Below, in pieces: positions 10,650 through 22,700 of a stretch of DNA of 53,665 nt. The stretch is taken from assembly GCA_054600435.1 (NCBI GenBank), contig BAAIJX010000091.1, forward strand, positions 1-53,665, in the 5' to 3' direction. The position numbers and the translations under genes are program-made. Origin of the DNA: Neophaeotheca triangularis (Eukaryota). Below the pieces are notes generated by a model that searched no databases, was not told the origin of the DNA, and saw only the letters and a program-made list of their open reading frames with translations. Within the stretch, counting starts at the first letter, position 1; every line of letters begins with the position of its first letter.

Positions 10650-13600
10650 CGTCCTTTTCCTATAGTTTTCTTCTTTTTCCCTAGCTATGTATTCTCGACA
10701 TTCCTTTTCTTTAGGCTTTATGTTTTCTTTCTACGCTTCTTCTTTACGCTACCGTAGGTCCGCTAGTGTTACTCGAAGTCTGCGATCGCTTCTTTTGCGT
10801 TGTTTAGATGCTTCTCTTTCTCCTAGGTTCCCTCTTCTATCGGCTAATCTCTCTAAAGAACATAGTACGTCTTGTTACCGTCGTCGAGACTAGATGCCGT
10901 TATTTCATCGACAACCTATTTATCGCCTCTGTCGACTTCTCGCTCCGCTAGTAGTACGAAGTTAGCGCGTCGGTAGTACGGTTCGAGAAGAGAGACGTAG
11001 AAGACGTTATAGATCTTTCTAAGGTATAGAGGTAGGGCTAATCGGTATGCTTGTTTTCCGACCCTTACTACGATTCGGAAGGGCCCTACATAACGCGAGG
11101 AGTACTTTTTAGTTAGTCTTAACGTTTTCAGGTTTTTCGTAGAAATAAGAACCTCGTTATCGACACTAAATACTATAGGATCGTGTTTTCGGTCGTAGTA
11201 TTCTGCCTACTTGCCGACGGCATACCGAATGTTCTCCTCGATAACTTCGCGAATTGCTTTCTAGTTTTCGGTTCTTTCTTAGAGGTCGGGGATTGTCGGT
11301 TCGCTACCTCCCTCTCTAACGGCGTTGTCCGTAACGCCGCCGGGCCGTTAGGGCTCTACCCTATAGACGGTAAAGAACGGCGACACTCTAGTCGATACGC
11401 TTACGCTATTATTATGGGCGAATTCAGCCTATACAAGGTAATAAGGCTAATCTGTTTATGTAAAGTTAACAAAACATCGTAGATACTATTCTATTGTTTA
11501 GTTTTGCCTCTCTATCTACCCGTTAGACTAAGGGTAGTATGCCGTCGATAACTTGCGCTCGGTTTTCTAATACCGAAGGAGCTCTATCTAAAACGCGGAG
11601 GTGAACATACTGCCTCTATTAGTTACAATCGATTTTGGCTTACTAAACTTTATAAGAATTTCGTGCTCGAAAATATCGGCTAGCTAGCGGGCCCCTATCG
11701 CTTCGCTAATAGGGATGTACCTCGCAAACTTTAAGAAGTAGTTAATAATAACTAACATAGAATCGACTGTTTTACCCTTATATGTCTCTACGACAGGCAA
11801 CTTAACTACTATGTCTATAGACTAATGCTAGAAGATCTCATTAGTACCTAGAACCCTTAGCGATTATAATGCGCCGTAGGGCTAGTAGTAGCGCGACTTA
11901 TGTCTTTAGTAGGTATTACACCTAAGGACATACTCTTCGACATCCTTAGTCTACTTAGACCACCAAAACTCCTTATGGAAAACGGCTTTAGTCTTCCCTA
12001 CTCCCGGGTATCCTACTAATAGGTCCTCGTAGTAGTAGCTTAGCATGGCGGCCCGTAGGCTTTCTACCGGCGGCATATACACCTTTCCATTAATCTTAAG
12101 AAGTCCCGTAAAACTAACCGACTATATAGGCGCGGCGCTGTCGGCGTCTCTATAGTACTATCCCTCGTCGATCTCTTTACGAATACGTTTAGTAAAGGGG
12201 TCTCCCTACTATACGCGTAACATATCCGCTCTAAGGTCGATTCGGTCTACCGCTACATTAGGCTCTCTAATGTCTAGCTCGGTAATAGCGAGTATACCTA
12301 GCTACTTACCTATAGGGTTATAATAGGTTAGCGCTACTATAGCGATAGAGCTAGTCAGGTTTAGTTTACCTCCCCCTTAGAGCGTTCGCTTAGTATACAT
12401 AGTATCATTACTCTAAAGCTTATTGTTTAGAGGACCGGTGTCTCTAGTAGCTATTATGTGGCCCGCTAGCGAGGCGGCTAACGCCCGGTAGTTTACTAGC
12501 ACTATATACCCCGGCGATATAGATAGGATCTCTACTCTATCTTCGGCGGCCGTCGTGTAGCTACTCGCCGGAACTTCGGCAGCCTTATAGGGGCCTACCG
12601 GGGGAGCGAAAAGCCTAGTTAGTGTAGGTAGCATTTCCGCCCTACTTAATTCTCTATTAGCCTCTATGTTAGGACGGCGCGAGAGCCCGTCTACTCTAGG
12701 GTTTAATTTACCTTCACGGTATATAATCTCGATGTCGTATTGCGATAGCTCTTCCGCGGCGCGCGCTTAGCGGCCTAACAATTTCTTTGTCGATAGGAAG
12801 TACTTTAGATTGTTATAATCTATAAGCACCTAAACTTTACTCTTAGCCGACAATATATAGTGCTACTATTAGCGCGTCGCCTCGACGATAGCGAGTAGTT
12901 CCTAATCATACACTAGATATCGTAACTCCGGCCCTTTAAGCTTCTTAGAGTAATATGCGACTAGATACTATAGCATGTCCGAGTGCTTCTACGCGAGTAT
13001 GCCTCCTAATACATATCCTGATATATCGGTCTTAAGGCGGGTCTCTAGTATAGCGTCAAAGTGCCGTAGCACTAGTACTAAAATGAAGCTGTGCTTTAAC
13101 CTTTTAAAGGATTTTTAGACATCTTTACCTAGTGGCTACCATTTACCGCCGCTATACCGTAGGCGGTCCGTAAGGGGAGCGGTAATCTTTATATACCCCT
13201 CGATAAAGCGACGATAGAAATTCGCGAATCCTAGGAACACTTAGAGTTCTTTTAGGGACTTTAGTATTAGCTAATCTTATACTATGGCTACCTATAGGGG
13301 CTCTATCGCTACTCCGGTAGAGTTAATAACGAAACTAAGGAATCTAATCTCTCGGACTATGAACTCGCATTTCTCGAGACTAGTATACAGCTTAGCGTCG
13401 GCGAGCCGACAGCAGACTGCTCGAACGTGTTCGTAGTGTTCTAATTTAGTACGGGAGTAGATAAGAACATTATCTATGTATACTACGTAGCAATAGTCAA
13501 CTAGCTCTATGAGAACCTTATTAATAAAGGCCTAGAACGACGCCAGTACATTAGTGAGTCCGAAAGGCATAACCTTATATTAAAAATGGCCGTACTAATA

Positions 13601-14580
13601 GCGGAACGCCGTCTTCTACTCGTCGCCCCGGGCGATGCATAAACAGTAGTATGCCTCGACTAAATCGATTTTCGAAAACCACGTTAATCTGCGGACTCTA
13701 TCTAAGAGTTCACTAATAAGCGGTAAAGGGTACTTATTCTTAATAGTAATATCGTTTAAGCCGCGGTAATCGACGTACATACGAAGTTTGCCGTTTTTCT
13801 TCTTAACGAATAGTAACGGTACGCTGGCGGGGCTAGTACTAGGCTTAATGCGGTCCGTTACGAGTAGGTTGTTAATCTACGACTACATTTCTTCGAGCTC
13901 TAGCTCGGAACATGGATAGATTAGTCTACTAGGAGGGTTTTTTCCCTCGACTAGTTCGACATAGTAGTCGTGAAGTGTATATAGAGGTAACTCTTTCGCC
14001 TTCTCCGATTTAAACACCCCGGCGTATTCCGCTAACTACTCGGGTACCTACGGCTCCGCTAGGGTCCCGCGTAGGTCTTCTACGCTAACGGCGAGGATAG
14101 ATACTCTACCGTTAATATCTCGGGCTAGTTCTTCGGCCTCGATGATTTCGACTTCTTCTTTGTTATACACACTGCTATAGCGCCACTACACTAGTAGCGA
14201 CGCGAAGTTAAGCTATACTTTCGCGGATCGGATCTAAGGCATTCTAAGAATCATTTCGTAATCCTTCTAGTTCACTACTTCGAACATCTATAGGATGGTT
14301 TGAACTATACTGTCTAAATTAGCGACTTTAGTATAGAGTCGACATTAGCCTACTATTAGGGCTTCGACGTCGCTAAAGGCTCGTAGCCTACGAATCCGGT
14401 CACCCTTTATCGGTAGGTCATACTAGACCGCAATGTCTTCCGAGATAACATTGTAATACGCTCCTATATCGATAAGCCCGCGGGCCTTAAAGCGTAGCCC
14501 GTCGCGGGTACGATCGCATATCTTTACGACAGCCTATAGGCGCTCCGTTAACGTACTACCTACTTACCGCCCTAAGCCCT
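10650..14580 (-). pseudogene. pol (protease, RT, RNase H, integrase, chromodomain), RIP-degenerate (ends approximate)
   Basis: GLIDIGA (protease DTGA, ~14470); LRMYVDYRGLN, VMPFGLTN and YVVYIDNVLIYS (RT YxDD, ~13470); LKTDISGYVLGGIL (RNase H); RYVGPFRI...AYRLALP...YNVFYVSLLEP (integrase GPF/Y); *VVDEI...YYVL*RD*PIEEGT*EKEKHL (chromodomain, ~10770-10925). Confidence 0.93.
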
Positions 14581-14589
14581 TAAGGCTAA

Positions 14590-15765
14590 CAATTAAATGA
14601 CCTAGGGCTAAGCTTTTCCCTTTCAGCAATTTTCTTACTAGTGGCCTTTATTACCGCACTTAAAACAAAGGTTTTCTTCGAGGGCTTTGTTGTTTCGTTC
14701 GCTACTATAGGTCGTACCTATGCGGTTTATACTAGTTGCCGGTGTTCTATCGGTACGCTAGTAGCGCGGTTTAGAGTTGTTGTCGCTTATACTCTAGCTT
14801 TATTCTCGTTTCTTATAGCCGAACCCTCTTAAGTCAGTCTTACGTAGCCTGTCCGCCGTCTCGCCTCTAGCGTCCCGGGCGCTATAGCTAGTATCGTCGA
14901 GGCGCGTGTAAAGCGCGACGAGGTTATACTAGTTGTCCGGTACCGTCAGCTAAGCATTTAGCTTAGCCTTAAGATTTTCCTATAGACCCGTCTTAACGAG
15001 GGTAAGGAGCGTATACTCCGGTAGTAGGGCGACGTTAGCCTCGCGGAGGGAGTCTTCGACATGCGAGAGGTAGTCGTGAATAGATTAGGTCGCTCCCTAA
15101 ACATGTCTAAAACCTCGGAACGCTATATTTATAGCGCGGTTTTCGGGGTCGAGGATCTAATCTAGTAGCTATTCTTTAAACATAGGCTATTTCATCTCTT
15201 TACGTTCGAGTCGTGATTCTTTACTCTCCTAGTTCTAGCCGACGCGGCCGTATAGGCGGCCCGCGGCATACTAGACACGCTCGTACTAATAAAAGTAAAC
15301 ATAAGGGTACGTCTTAAACACACGCTCGCATTACTAGATAAATGTCTATGTTTTCGGGAGGTTAGGATAACTCCTATAAACTATTAGTTCGGCTAAGCGA
15401 AAAGCTTTCTCGATATCGATGTAAGACTTTCGCTCCTTTATCGTTACGCTAGCGGGTAGATCTTCGTCTACCGTCTACTTACGTGCTACTAGGGTAGGGG
15501 TAATGTCCGCCGGGTCCTCCGGTTCGATATATCCTCTTTCGGACTCGTCGCGGGGGACTGTCGCTCTATCGGCGGCTCGCTAAACAGGCGCTATATACTC
15601 TACTAATTGCTATCGGAGTTCCGTAATAGCAGTAGTAAGGACCGTGTATTAGTCCGTCGCCGCCTCTTCTTGTTCTTATAGGGTGTTAACTCCGGTTATA
15701 GTGTTAGGGGAGTCTACTAGGTTAGCGTCGTTAACCCGAGGGCGTAGCGAGCGCGATAGTGCTAT
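14590..15765 (-). pseudogene. gag of the chromovirus (RIP-degenerate, ends approximate)
   Basis: Lies between the PBS and the protease. Likely start ATA(<ATG) GCA CTA TCG CGC at ~15765. Many TAG/TAA stops in RIP context. Confidence 0.65.
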
Positions 15766-15802
15766 GATGTCCGAGCGAATCTTAACCTAAAAAGGTTCTA
15801 AG

Positions 15803-15811
15803 ATCGAATAG
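15803..15811 (-). promoter_or_regulatory. Self-priming (Tf1/sushi-type) primer binding site
   Basis: Minus-strand CTATTCGAT, 3 nt inside the 5' LTR boundary, is the reverse complement of minus-strand ATCGAATAG inside the LTR (15909-15917). No TGG-type tRNA PBS is seen. Confidence 0.7.
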
Positions 15812-15814
15812 AAT

Positions 15815-16037
15815 TGTAAGACCGAGACTATGACTCGGTTAGGATCACGGCATAGCGAGGGCGGAGCGTAATAATGGTAATAATAGTAATAGTCCTTTAA
15901 TATAGAAACTATTCGATAGTAGACAGGAGACTTCACTATTAGCTATCTCATATACTTTCGTAGTATGTATGCTTAGTACTCCCGAGCTACTCCGTAGCTT
16001 AGGCCGCCGATGTCCCGCTAGCGCCGCGGTCGTGACA
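15815..16037 (-). repeat. 5' LTR (223 bp)
   Basis: Direct repeat of 8275-8497; lies upstream of gag on the minus strand. Confidence 0.96.
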
Positions 16038-16042
16038 TAAAG

Positions 16043-16720
16043 GCCTTCCTTATATAGATCTAGACTCTATAGACGCCTATTTTAAAGCATATACCGAGGC
16101 CGAGAAGTACCGCTATAAGCCGCTCTTTATATAGTAGGAGTTAGGCCTCCTATATAAGGACGTTATAGCTACTAGTAAGTATGTTTTAAGTACTCCTAGG
16201 GGTAGGGGTAACTAGAGTCGGTTAGTCTCTTTAGAGAGTCTTTCGTAAGTAGATTTACTAGTAGAGGGTAGTATACTAGTAGCCGATAAAGTAGAGGACG
16301 TCTAACGGTCTTTACTAGCCGTAAACCTACGAAAATTAGCTATTAATAATAATAAGAAGAGTCGTAAACAGGCGGTTAAAGAGGGTACTATAAGGCTTAC
16401 TAAGGCCGTCGATAGACAGACCGCTATACTATTAGAGTTACTAGTAATTTAGAAGGTTAGCGTACTCCTATAGAGTAATAGGTTTACGTAGATTCCGCTC
16501 ATTCTACATAGTAAGGCGGCCTATTACTTCTCGACTAATAATCTAGCGTATATGTTTATCGCTACTCTATACGAGGCTTAATTGTAGTTTATAAAGGAGG
16601 TTATTAGTAGTTAGGAGGTTAAAGAAGGTCGTGCAGTAGGGGAAGAGGATAAGGTTATCGAAATTAAGGGTACCTTAGGTAATAATGAGCTCGAGTTCTA
16701 GATAGCGCTCCCTAATAGTT
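16043..16720 (+). pseudogene. Harbinger Myb/SANT-like ORF, 3' half (end approximate)
   Basis: Continues in frame after removing the retrotransposon and one TSD: ...GLP...AYF.A..EAEKYR.KPL...ELGLLY.DV.AT(S/G)KY, the typical C-terminal part of the domain. Multiple RIP-type stops. Confidence 0.65.
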
Positions 16721-16899
16721 ACTTTTCTAAGTTATATAGTAAATTATATAATAAGATAGAACCTTAGCATCTTTTGCTACTCTCTATTACTCCTACTATC
16801 TATACTAATAAGGTTATATAGTTATATAACCTTTAACTTCCCCTAGCTATCTTATACTCTAACCTCTCTTTCTTAACACCTTAATATAATCTAACTATA

Positions 16900-18100
16900 T
16901 CTCGTTCGTTATATCCTTCCTTAGGCCTACTACCTCTACGTTTATTAAAATAGGCGCAATATTATTACTACTACCTATACCGCTCCCTACCTCTCTCGCT
17001 AGAGCCTCCTCTAGCTCCTCCTTATCGCTACCGAGATTAGTTAAAAAATTATAGAGAGCCGCTAGAGCGTAGATTAGCTTTACCTATGTCGATATTAGGA
17101 ACTACGGAGTAGTCTAAAGGATATAGAAGCGTTATTTAAAGACTCTAAAGGTACGCTTAACTACATTACGTATAATAGAGTGTCGTAGGTTAAATAGCTC
17201 CTTAGGGGTCGAAGGCTATAGACTAACCTCTTCTACCTTATAGAGGTAGTACCGTATACCGCGATATAGTACTAGAGTTATATTAGTATTAGTATAACTA
17301 GCGTCTATAAGGTAGTATTTACTAGGGGGATAGGTAAGGCTATAGTCTCTTACTATAGAGGCTAAAACACAACCGTTATAAGCTAACCCTTCCTATCGAG
17401 GTAAGACGAAGGTAAATCGCCTATTAAAGTCGATAACAGCTAATACATTTTACGATAGGAACCCCTTCTTATTACGCTATAGAGCTTACTCTTAACTAGT
17501 AACATAAGTAAAGATATAAGAGCTATTAAGAGCACTAACTATATCCTTAAACTATAGCTAATATATACCTCCGCGATCGAATACCTCCTAGCTAGATTGC
17601 TCGTGATTTGCCGCGTTAAGAACGAGCTCCTAGTATAGATCTACTACTACATGTAGTACCTTATAGAACACCTTAGATATCGTAGAACTAGAGTATTAGA
17701 AGGTCTCTTAGTAGTCCCTAATATAGCTACCTTATACATACTAATGTAAGAAGAGGAGGAGCTCCTTATCTATACTAATAAGACGTCCGTTAGTAAGAGG
17801 TAATAACAAGAGTAGCTTATCGAACTAAGTAATAGTGAAGCGCGTAAATCGCTTTATGCGGACGTCCGATCCTCGTAACTTAACTACCTTTTGCTAGCTA
17901 GTAGTAGCTTAGAGATATACACTCCTTAGGCTAGTAGGCACAATATTAGTATAAGCTCTAAGATCTATATAGGCAATTACTACACTAATACGCGTGTTCT
18001 GCTACGCGAGCTGTTTATATAGTAATAGTCCTTAGTATGAAGCTATATTAAAAAGCTATATTACGTACTAAGACGAAACGTCCTCCTACGAAAAGTACCT
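16900..18100 (-). pseudogene. Harbinger (HARBI1-like, DDE_Tnp_4) transposase, RIP-degenerate (ends approximate)
   Basis: Minus-strand relics: ETF*YSSSTISKVF; FKDIVSALNSSYI (=FKDCVGALDGSHI); *NVLAVIDFN.RFTFVLP.*EG.AYNG (=WEGSAHD); PPSKYYLIDASY (=PPGKYYLVDAGY); YRGIRYYL; KELFNLRHS..RNVVKRTFRVFK*RF. Confidence 0.88.
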
Positions 18101-19120
18101 CTTCTCGTAGAGGTAGTAGAAGGCAGCTCCGTCTACAGATTTTGACTATGTAACTACCTAACTAAACTATAACAGGAAGGAGGTACCTTTTAACCGAGAC
18201 GGACGCGCTAAGCTCCGTTTCGTAACCTTAAAACGCTATTTCAACCGAACACCCCTCCGTCTTAACCTCCGTTTCACTGCCAAGGCTCCGTTTCGACGAA
18301 ACGGAACGGACAATTCAGTGCGAACCGAACGCACCCTTAGGTACCAACGTGGCCGAGTTCACGTCTCCAGGTCCACTACAGTCGTAATCATGCCCCTCGA
18401 CGTGCCGAGACTGCCGACTGACTGCCGACTGATGACTCCCGTCTCTCCTCTACGTGTCTTCCAATTAACATTTGTCCTCCAGCGTCGTCGTCCCTTGGCA
18501 TAATTGAACCCCCTTTCCGTGCACCTCCCTCTTCTTCTTGTTATTATCTACCGCTTAACGTTCAAATCATCCGCTCTCGTCGACAACCTACAGTACCTAA
18601 GCTCACGATTGACTCGTGCTGCGTCGTGCACTTGGCTACTACTAACCTGCGTCTCCCCTTGGAATGGCAAATACTTGACTTCCCTTAACTTAGCCTTGGT
18701 GACAGCAGAACATTCCAACTTCCCACCCTCCTCCCGCTCTCAAAACTGCCCGGGCAGACCACCGTCTCAATAATATTAATAACAATGTCCCTGCTCCTCC
18801 GCCCAACACGTGCATCGTTTGACTTTGGCACTTCTCGCGCGCGACGTGGCAGGAGAATTCTTGGCCTCTCAGTAGTGTCGATTAGCGCATGTTGGAGATG
18901 CGCGTCGCTGCTTGACGGCGAATTGAGCCCCATCTCCTTTGTCTTGTCGCTTCAATGCTTCTCACCATCATCTTCAATCATAACTACTTGATACAAGTGG
19001 CCTCTCGCCGATTGTAAACCACCGGCGGGTTTGCATCCCCTTTCCCATACCCAATGCTTCTTTCAACGCACTAATCTTTTACCCCCTTACCCTCTCCCGA
19101 TATTCTTCGAGCACCCCCCC

Positions 19121-21133
19121 ATGTATGCCTTCTCGTTTGCTCTTTGCCTCTCCTGCCTTTCTTTCCTTTCTGCGCTAGCCGTAGCGGACCAGGGCAACTT
19201 CTATCGCGACGAGGGTTACGACGAGGGCGAATATGGGGATTACCCGCATCAAGAATTCCGAACCACCAAAGCCGTAGCGCCGAGGGTCAATTTCATAAAC
19301 TATTTCAATTCCACCGATTGCGATGATGGGTCCAAAATCTTCATCGCCCCCCGGGGTAATCGTCCCGACGCCAGTCCCATCATGTTGGACTCGAGCGGCA
19401 CCTTGATCTGGACTCCGACACATCATTATGGAGAGATTTACAACTTTCAAGTCCAGCAGTACAAGGGCAAACCCTACTTGACCTTCTGGGCCGGCAACGA
19501 TGCAGTGGGAGGGCATGGAGAAGGCGATATCTACATGGTGAGGTTTGCTGCGGTACCATCCAAGTCCCACTCGCAGCGCTCTGGCTAACCGTCCCATAAA
19601 CAGCTCGACCAACACTATGAAGAATATCGCAAACTCAGCGCTGGAAACGACATGGGAGCCGATCTGCACTCGTTTGAAATCACCGTCGACGACACCGCAG
19701 TCTTCTCCGTTTACCAACCAATCGAACACGACATCTCCATCGCCGACGAAAGCCGCGATAGGGGTTGGATTTGGGACTGCTTGTTTCAAGAGGTGGACAT
19801 TGATTCCGGGGACGTCATCTTCCAATGGCGGGCAACGGAGCACTTGGCGTTGAGTGAGAGCTACGAGAAGGTCAACAGAGCCGTCGAGAATGATCGTTGG
19901 GACTGGCTGCACCTCAACAGTGTGGAAAAGGATGCAGCAGGTAATTTCTTGATCAGCTCGCGGTACTTGCGCGCCATCATCTACATTTCCGGCGAAACGG
20001 GCGAGGTCCTCTGGCGGTTGGGCGGCAAACTAAACTCCTTCCAAGACCTATCCGGCGGCGAGGCTATCAAGTTCATGGGCCAGCACGACGCCCACTGGGC
20101 CAACGACGAACACACGGCCATCACCTTCTTCGACAATCGCGGCGACTGGGCCCACCGAATCGAAGACCAATCCAAAGGCACCCGCGTCGAAGTCGATCTC
20201 GAAAAAATGACTGTCAAGCTCGCCCAGCACTACGAGAACCCTGTCAAAATCTGGTCAACCTCGCAAGGTTCCTACCAAACCCTACCGAGCGGCAACGTCC
20301 TCATCGGCTATGGTTTCAACGGCGCTTTGACCGAGTTCTCACCCGATGGCCAAGTCCTTTGCGACGCGCGCTTCATGGCGGCGAATAAATTCGGTTCCGG
20401 CGATGTTCAGAGTTATAGGAATTTGAAATTCAACTGGACTGGAATTCCCAAGACTTCTCCAAAGGTCAAGCTCCACGACGAATCTCTGTATATGTCGTGG
20501 ATGGGTTCGACGGAAGTCAGAGGCTGGCTGCTGCAGGATTCGCACTGGGAGAGCGGGCCAATTGAACCGGTGATGCGGATTAACAAGACGGAGTTTGAGT
20601 CGCAATTCGTGATCAGTCCAGAGCGTCGGCTTAGGCGGTACGTGAGAGTGGTTGCGCTAGATGGGAATGGCAAGGCGCTCGCATCGGCCGAGCCGGTGGA
20701 TATTGGCGACAAAGCGACATGGAAACCCGGTGATGAAGCTCCGACCGAAGAGAGCGACGCAAAGGCCCAAGCGAACAAGGAGCAGGAGGAACACGACAAG
20801 GAGCACGACACAGACATGGCAGCGCTCCGGCACGGGCTCAACGACACGCGCATTCTGCTCGCTTTGGGCTTGCTCGCGGTGCTAAGCATGGTCCTCGTGC
20901 TCTGGATTACCATTGGGAGGAAGATCGCGGCCCTCGGGCAGCCGCAGCAGGGCAAAGAGGGTTTCGCCCAACCGCCTGGTGTACTCCAGCGACTGCGATC
21001 GAAGTTGCCGGGAAGCAGGGAGTCGAGTGACGCCGACTTGCACTTGCTAGAAGAATCAGGGTATGAAGACCGGGAAACCGCTGTACCTGGTATAGAGCTG
21101 AGCGACGAACCTGGCGACAAGCCGGAGCGCTGA
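19121..21133 (+). CDS. Arylsulfotransferase (ASST / Arylsulfotran_2)-like secreted, C-terminally membrane-anchored protein; exons 19121-19537 and 19604-21133
   Basis: Signal peptide MYAFSFALCLSCLSFLSALAVA. Motifs QQYKGKPYLTFW, ADLHSFEIT, DWLHLNSVEKD, GQHDAHW and SQGSYQTLPSGNVLIGYG. TM segment ILLALGLLAVLSMVLVLWITIG. Intron 19538-19603 (GTGAGG..GCTAAC..CAG). Confidence 0.9.
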
Positions 21134-21305
21134 GGCAATCGCCATAGTCCAAATATGTCAATATACTCATTCCATCATATCAATTCGTGACAGTGTGACC
21201 TCGTAACCTCGTCCCAACCAAGTGCGCAAACCACCCCCCACCGCACGCACCCCAGACACCAACCCTCACCCATCCACCGGACGATAAAAAGCCTTCCTCC
21301 CAACT

Positions 21306-22002
21306 CTACCCCTGAACCCCCAAAACCCGCCTCAACTCCCCAACCTCAGCATGATCACTCGTAACAGCCATACGATGACACCAGCCCAACGCCCCGTCCC
21401 TCTCAAAAACCCACTCCCCCCCATTCTGACTATAATCCCCCCCACCCACAGCTTTCCCAGGCCTCTTCACCATCTCCCACACACTCCCCAACGTAGTCTC
21501 CCAAAACCCCTTGCTCACGTATCCCGGTCTGCGCTCCCCGACCCGCAGATTGCAAACCATGCCGAGCTCTCCGTACAGGCTCCGCGTCGGGTCGGCGTAG
21601 ATATCGAACGGGCAGGCCGTGCGGGCTTTGTAGCTGGCGATGACGTGGCTCTGGCCGCAGCCGATTATCGAGAGCGTGACGGGCGGGTTCTGGGCGGCTA
21701 GGAGGCTGGGCGGCAGCGCCGTGCTGACGGCGTGGACGTATTGTTCGCAGCTTTTTTTTCGGGAGAAAGGGGGGTCGCGGTTTTAGTTTGGAGCTCTGGG
21801 CTGCGCTTGCGGGGTTGCGGTTCTCTTACCTCCCGCAGAAGAAGTGCCGGATGAAGATTATCAGGTTGCGCGTCGTGGGGTCGCGGGTGTAGAGGGCTTT
21901 GAAGGGCTGCGCGGTGCCGTCTTCGGCGTATATGGGGAGCTCGCCGGCCGCTGCGAGGGTTTTTTCGTCGGGGAGTTGGTATTGGGGGTTTGTCTCGGCC
22001 AT
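21306..22002 (-). CDS. Peroxiredoxin-like 2 / AhpC-TSA_2 thioredoxin-fold protein; exons 22002-21830 and 21750-21306
   Basis: IIFIRHFFCG|SCEQY (CxxC) after removing intron 21829-21751 (GTAAGA..AAG). Also IIGCG, IYADPTRSLY.ELG, QNGGEWVF and HRM...DHAE. Confidence 0.88.
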
Positions 22003-22700
22003 GTTGGGGAGTTCGAAGTAGAGCTGCGATACGGTGGCTGTGAGGGATGGGAGACTTGTTGCACTACCGTTGCAGCGGGTTGAGCCGCTGGCTACGGCAA
22101 GTTCGATATCTTTATTGCGTCTAGGACTTCTTCCCCAAAGACGAGGTGGGTTCTGAAACGCTCGATCTGTTGATTGGGAGGCCGAGGGTAGCCGTAGTAT
22201 GTCGCTGTCATTGTTATAGCTGCTGTCAAGGTAGAAGGTGTAGTCCGCTTCCAAAGCACGGGCCACATCACTAGTGGTGAGCCCCTTGCTCGAAAGGCTC
22301 ACCACGACTCACATCTTCTTTCGGACACGGCAATAATGAACTCACAGCAGTCACAGAGTGAGAGAAGTCTGATTGTCAAGACACAGCGATTCTGAAGGCA
22401 ATGATTCCGCAAACTATCTACCTATCTAAATCACACCAAACAAAAATGGCAGCCAGCCGGACTGGTACGCCAACAAAATGAGCCATCCCAAGCGCATCCA
22501 AAAAGGCACCAAACGCAAGGTAAAATTACAATAGCAGCTAGCCGAACTGGTACGCCAGTGCCAACGAGGCACGTTGCGAGTCGAAGGAAGTGGTAGAGAC
22601 AGTGGTGGCCGAGAGCCGGATTTGTCGCAGAGCAGATGAAGACGGAAGAACAGTTTACCCATAGAGATTGCCGAGAGATGTTAGAAAGTGGTCGGACGGA

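Larger units (their letters stand above)
8275..16037 (-). mobile_element. Full-length Ty3/Gypsy chromovirus LTR retrotransposon, RIP-inactivated
   Basis: Two 223-bp TG...CA LTRs, 5-bp TSD TAAAG (8270-8274 and 16038-16042), domain order gag-PR-RT-RH-INT-chromo on the minus strand, and a polypurine tract (minus-strand AGAGAGGGAGGC) next to the left LTR. Confidence 0.95.
7650..18336. mobile_element. PIF/Harbinger DNA transposon, RIP-inactivated, containing a nested LTR retrotransposon
   Basis: Perfect 13-bp TIRs GGGTGCGTTCGGT (7650-7662) and ACCGAACGCACCC (18324-18336), flanked by TTA on both sides (7647-7649, 18337-18339). Contains relics of a DDE_Tnp_4-type transposase and a Myb/SANT ORF. TpA-rich, CpA/TpG-poor composition is largely confined to this interval. 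Confidence 0.92.

Noticed and set aside
14610..14625. GGGAAAA slippery-like heptamer near the gag/pol junction
   Set aside because: RIP damage prevents establishing the gag and pol frames by eye.
18408..18437. Short GACTGCCGACT direct repeat and other microsatellites (CA, CAT, ACC)
   Set aside because: Ordinary slippage repeats with no further structure.
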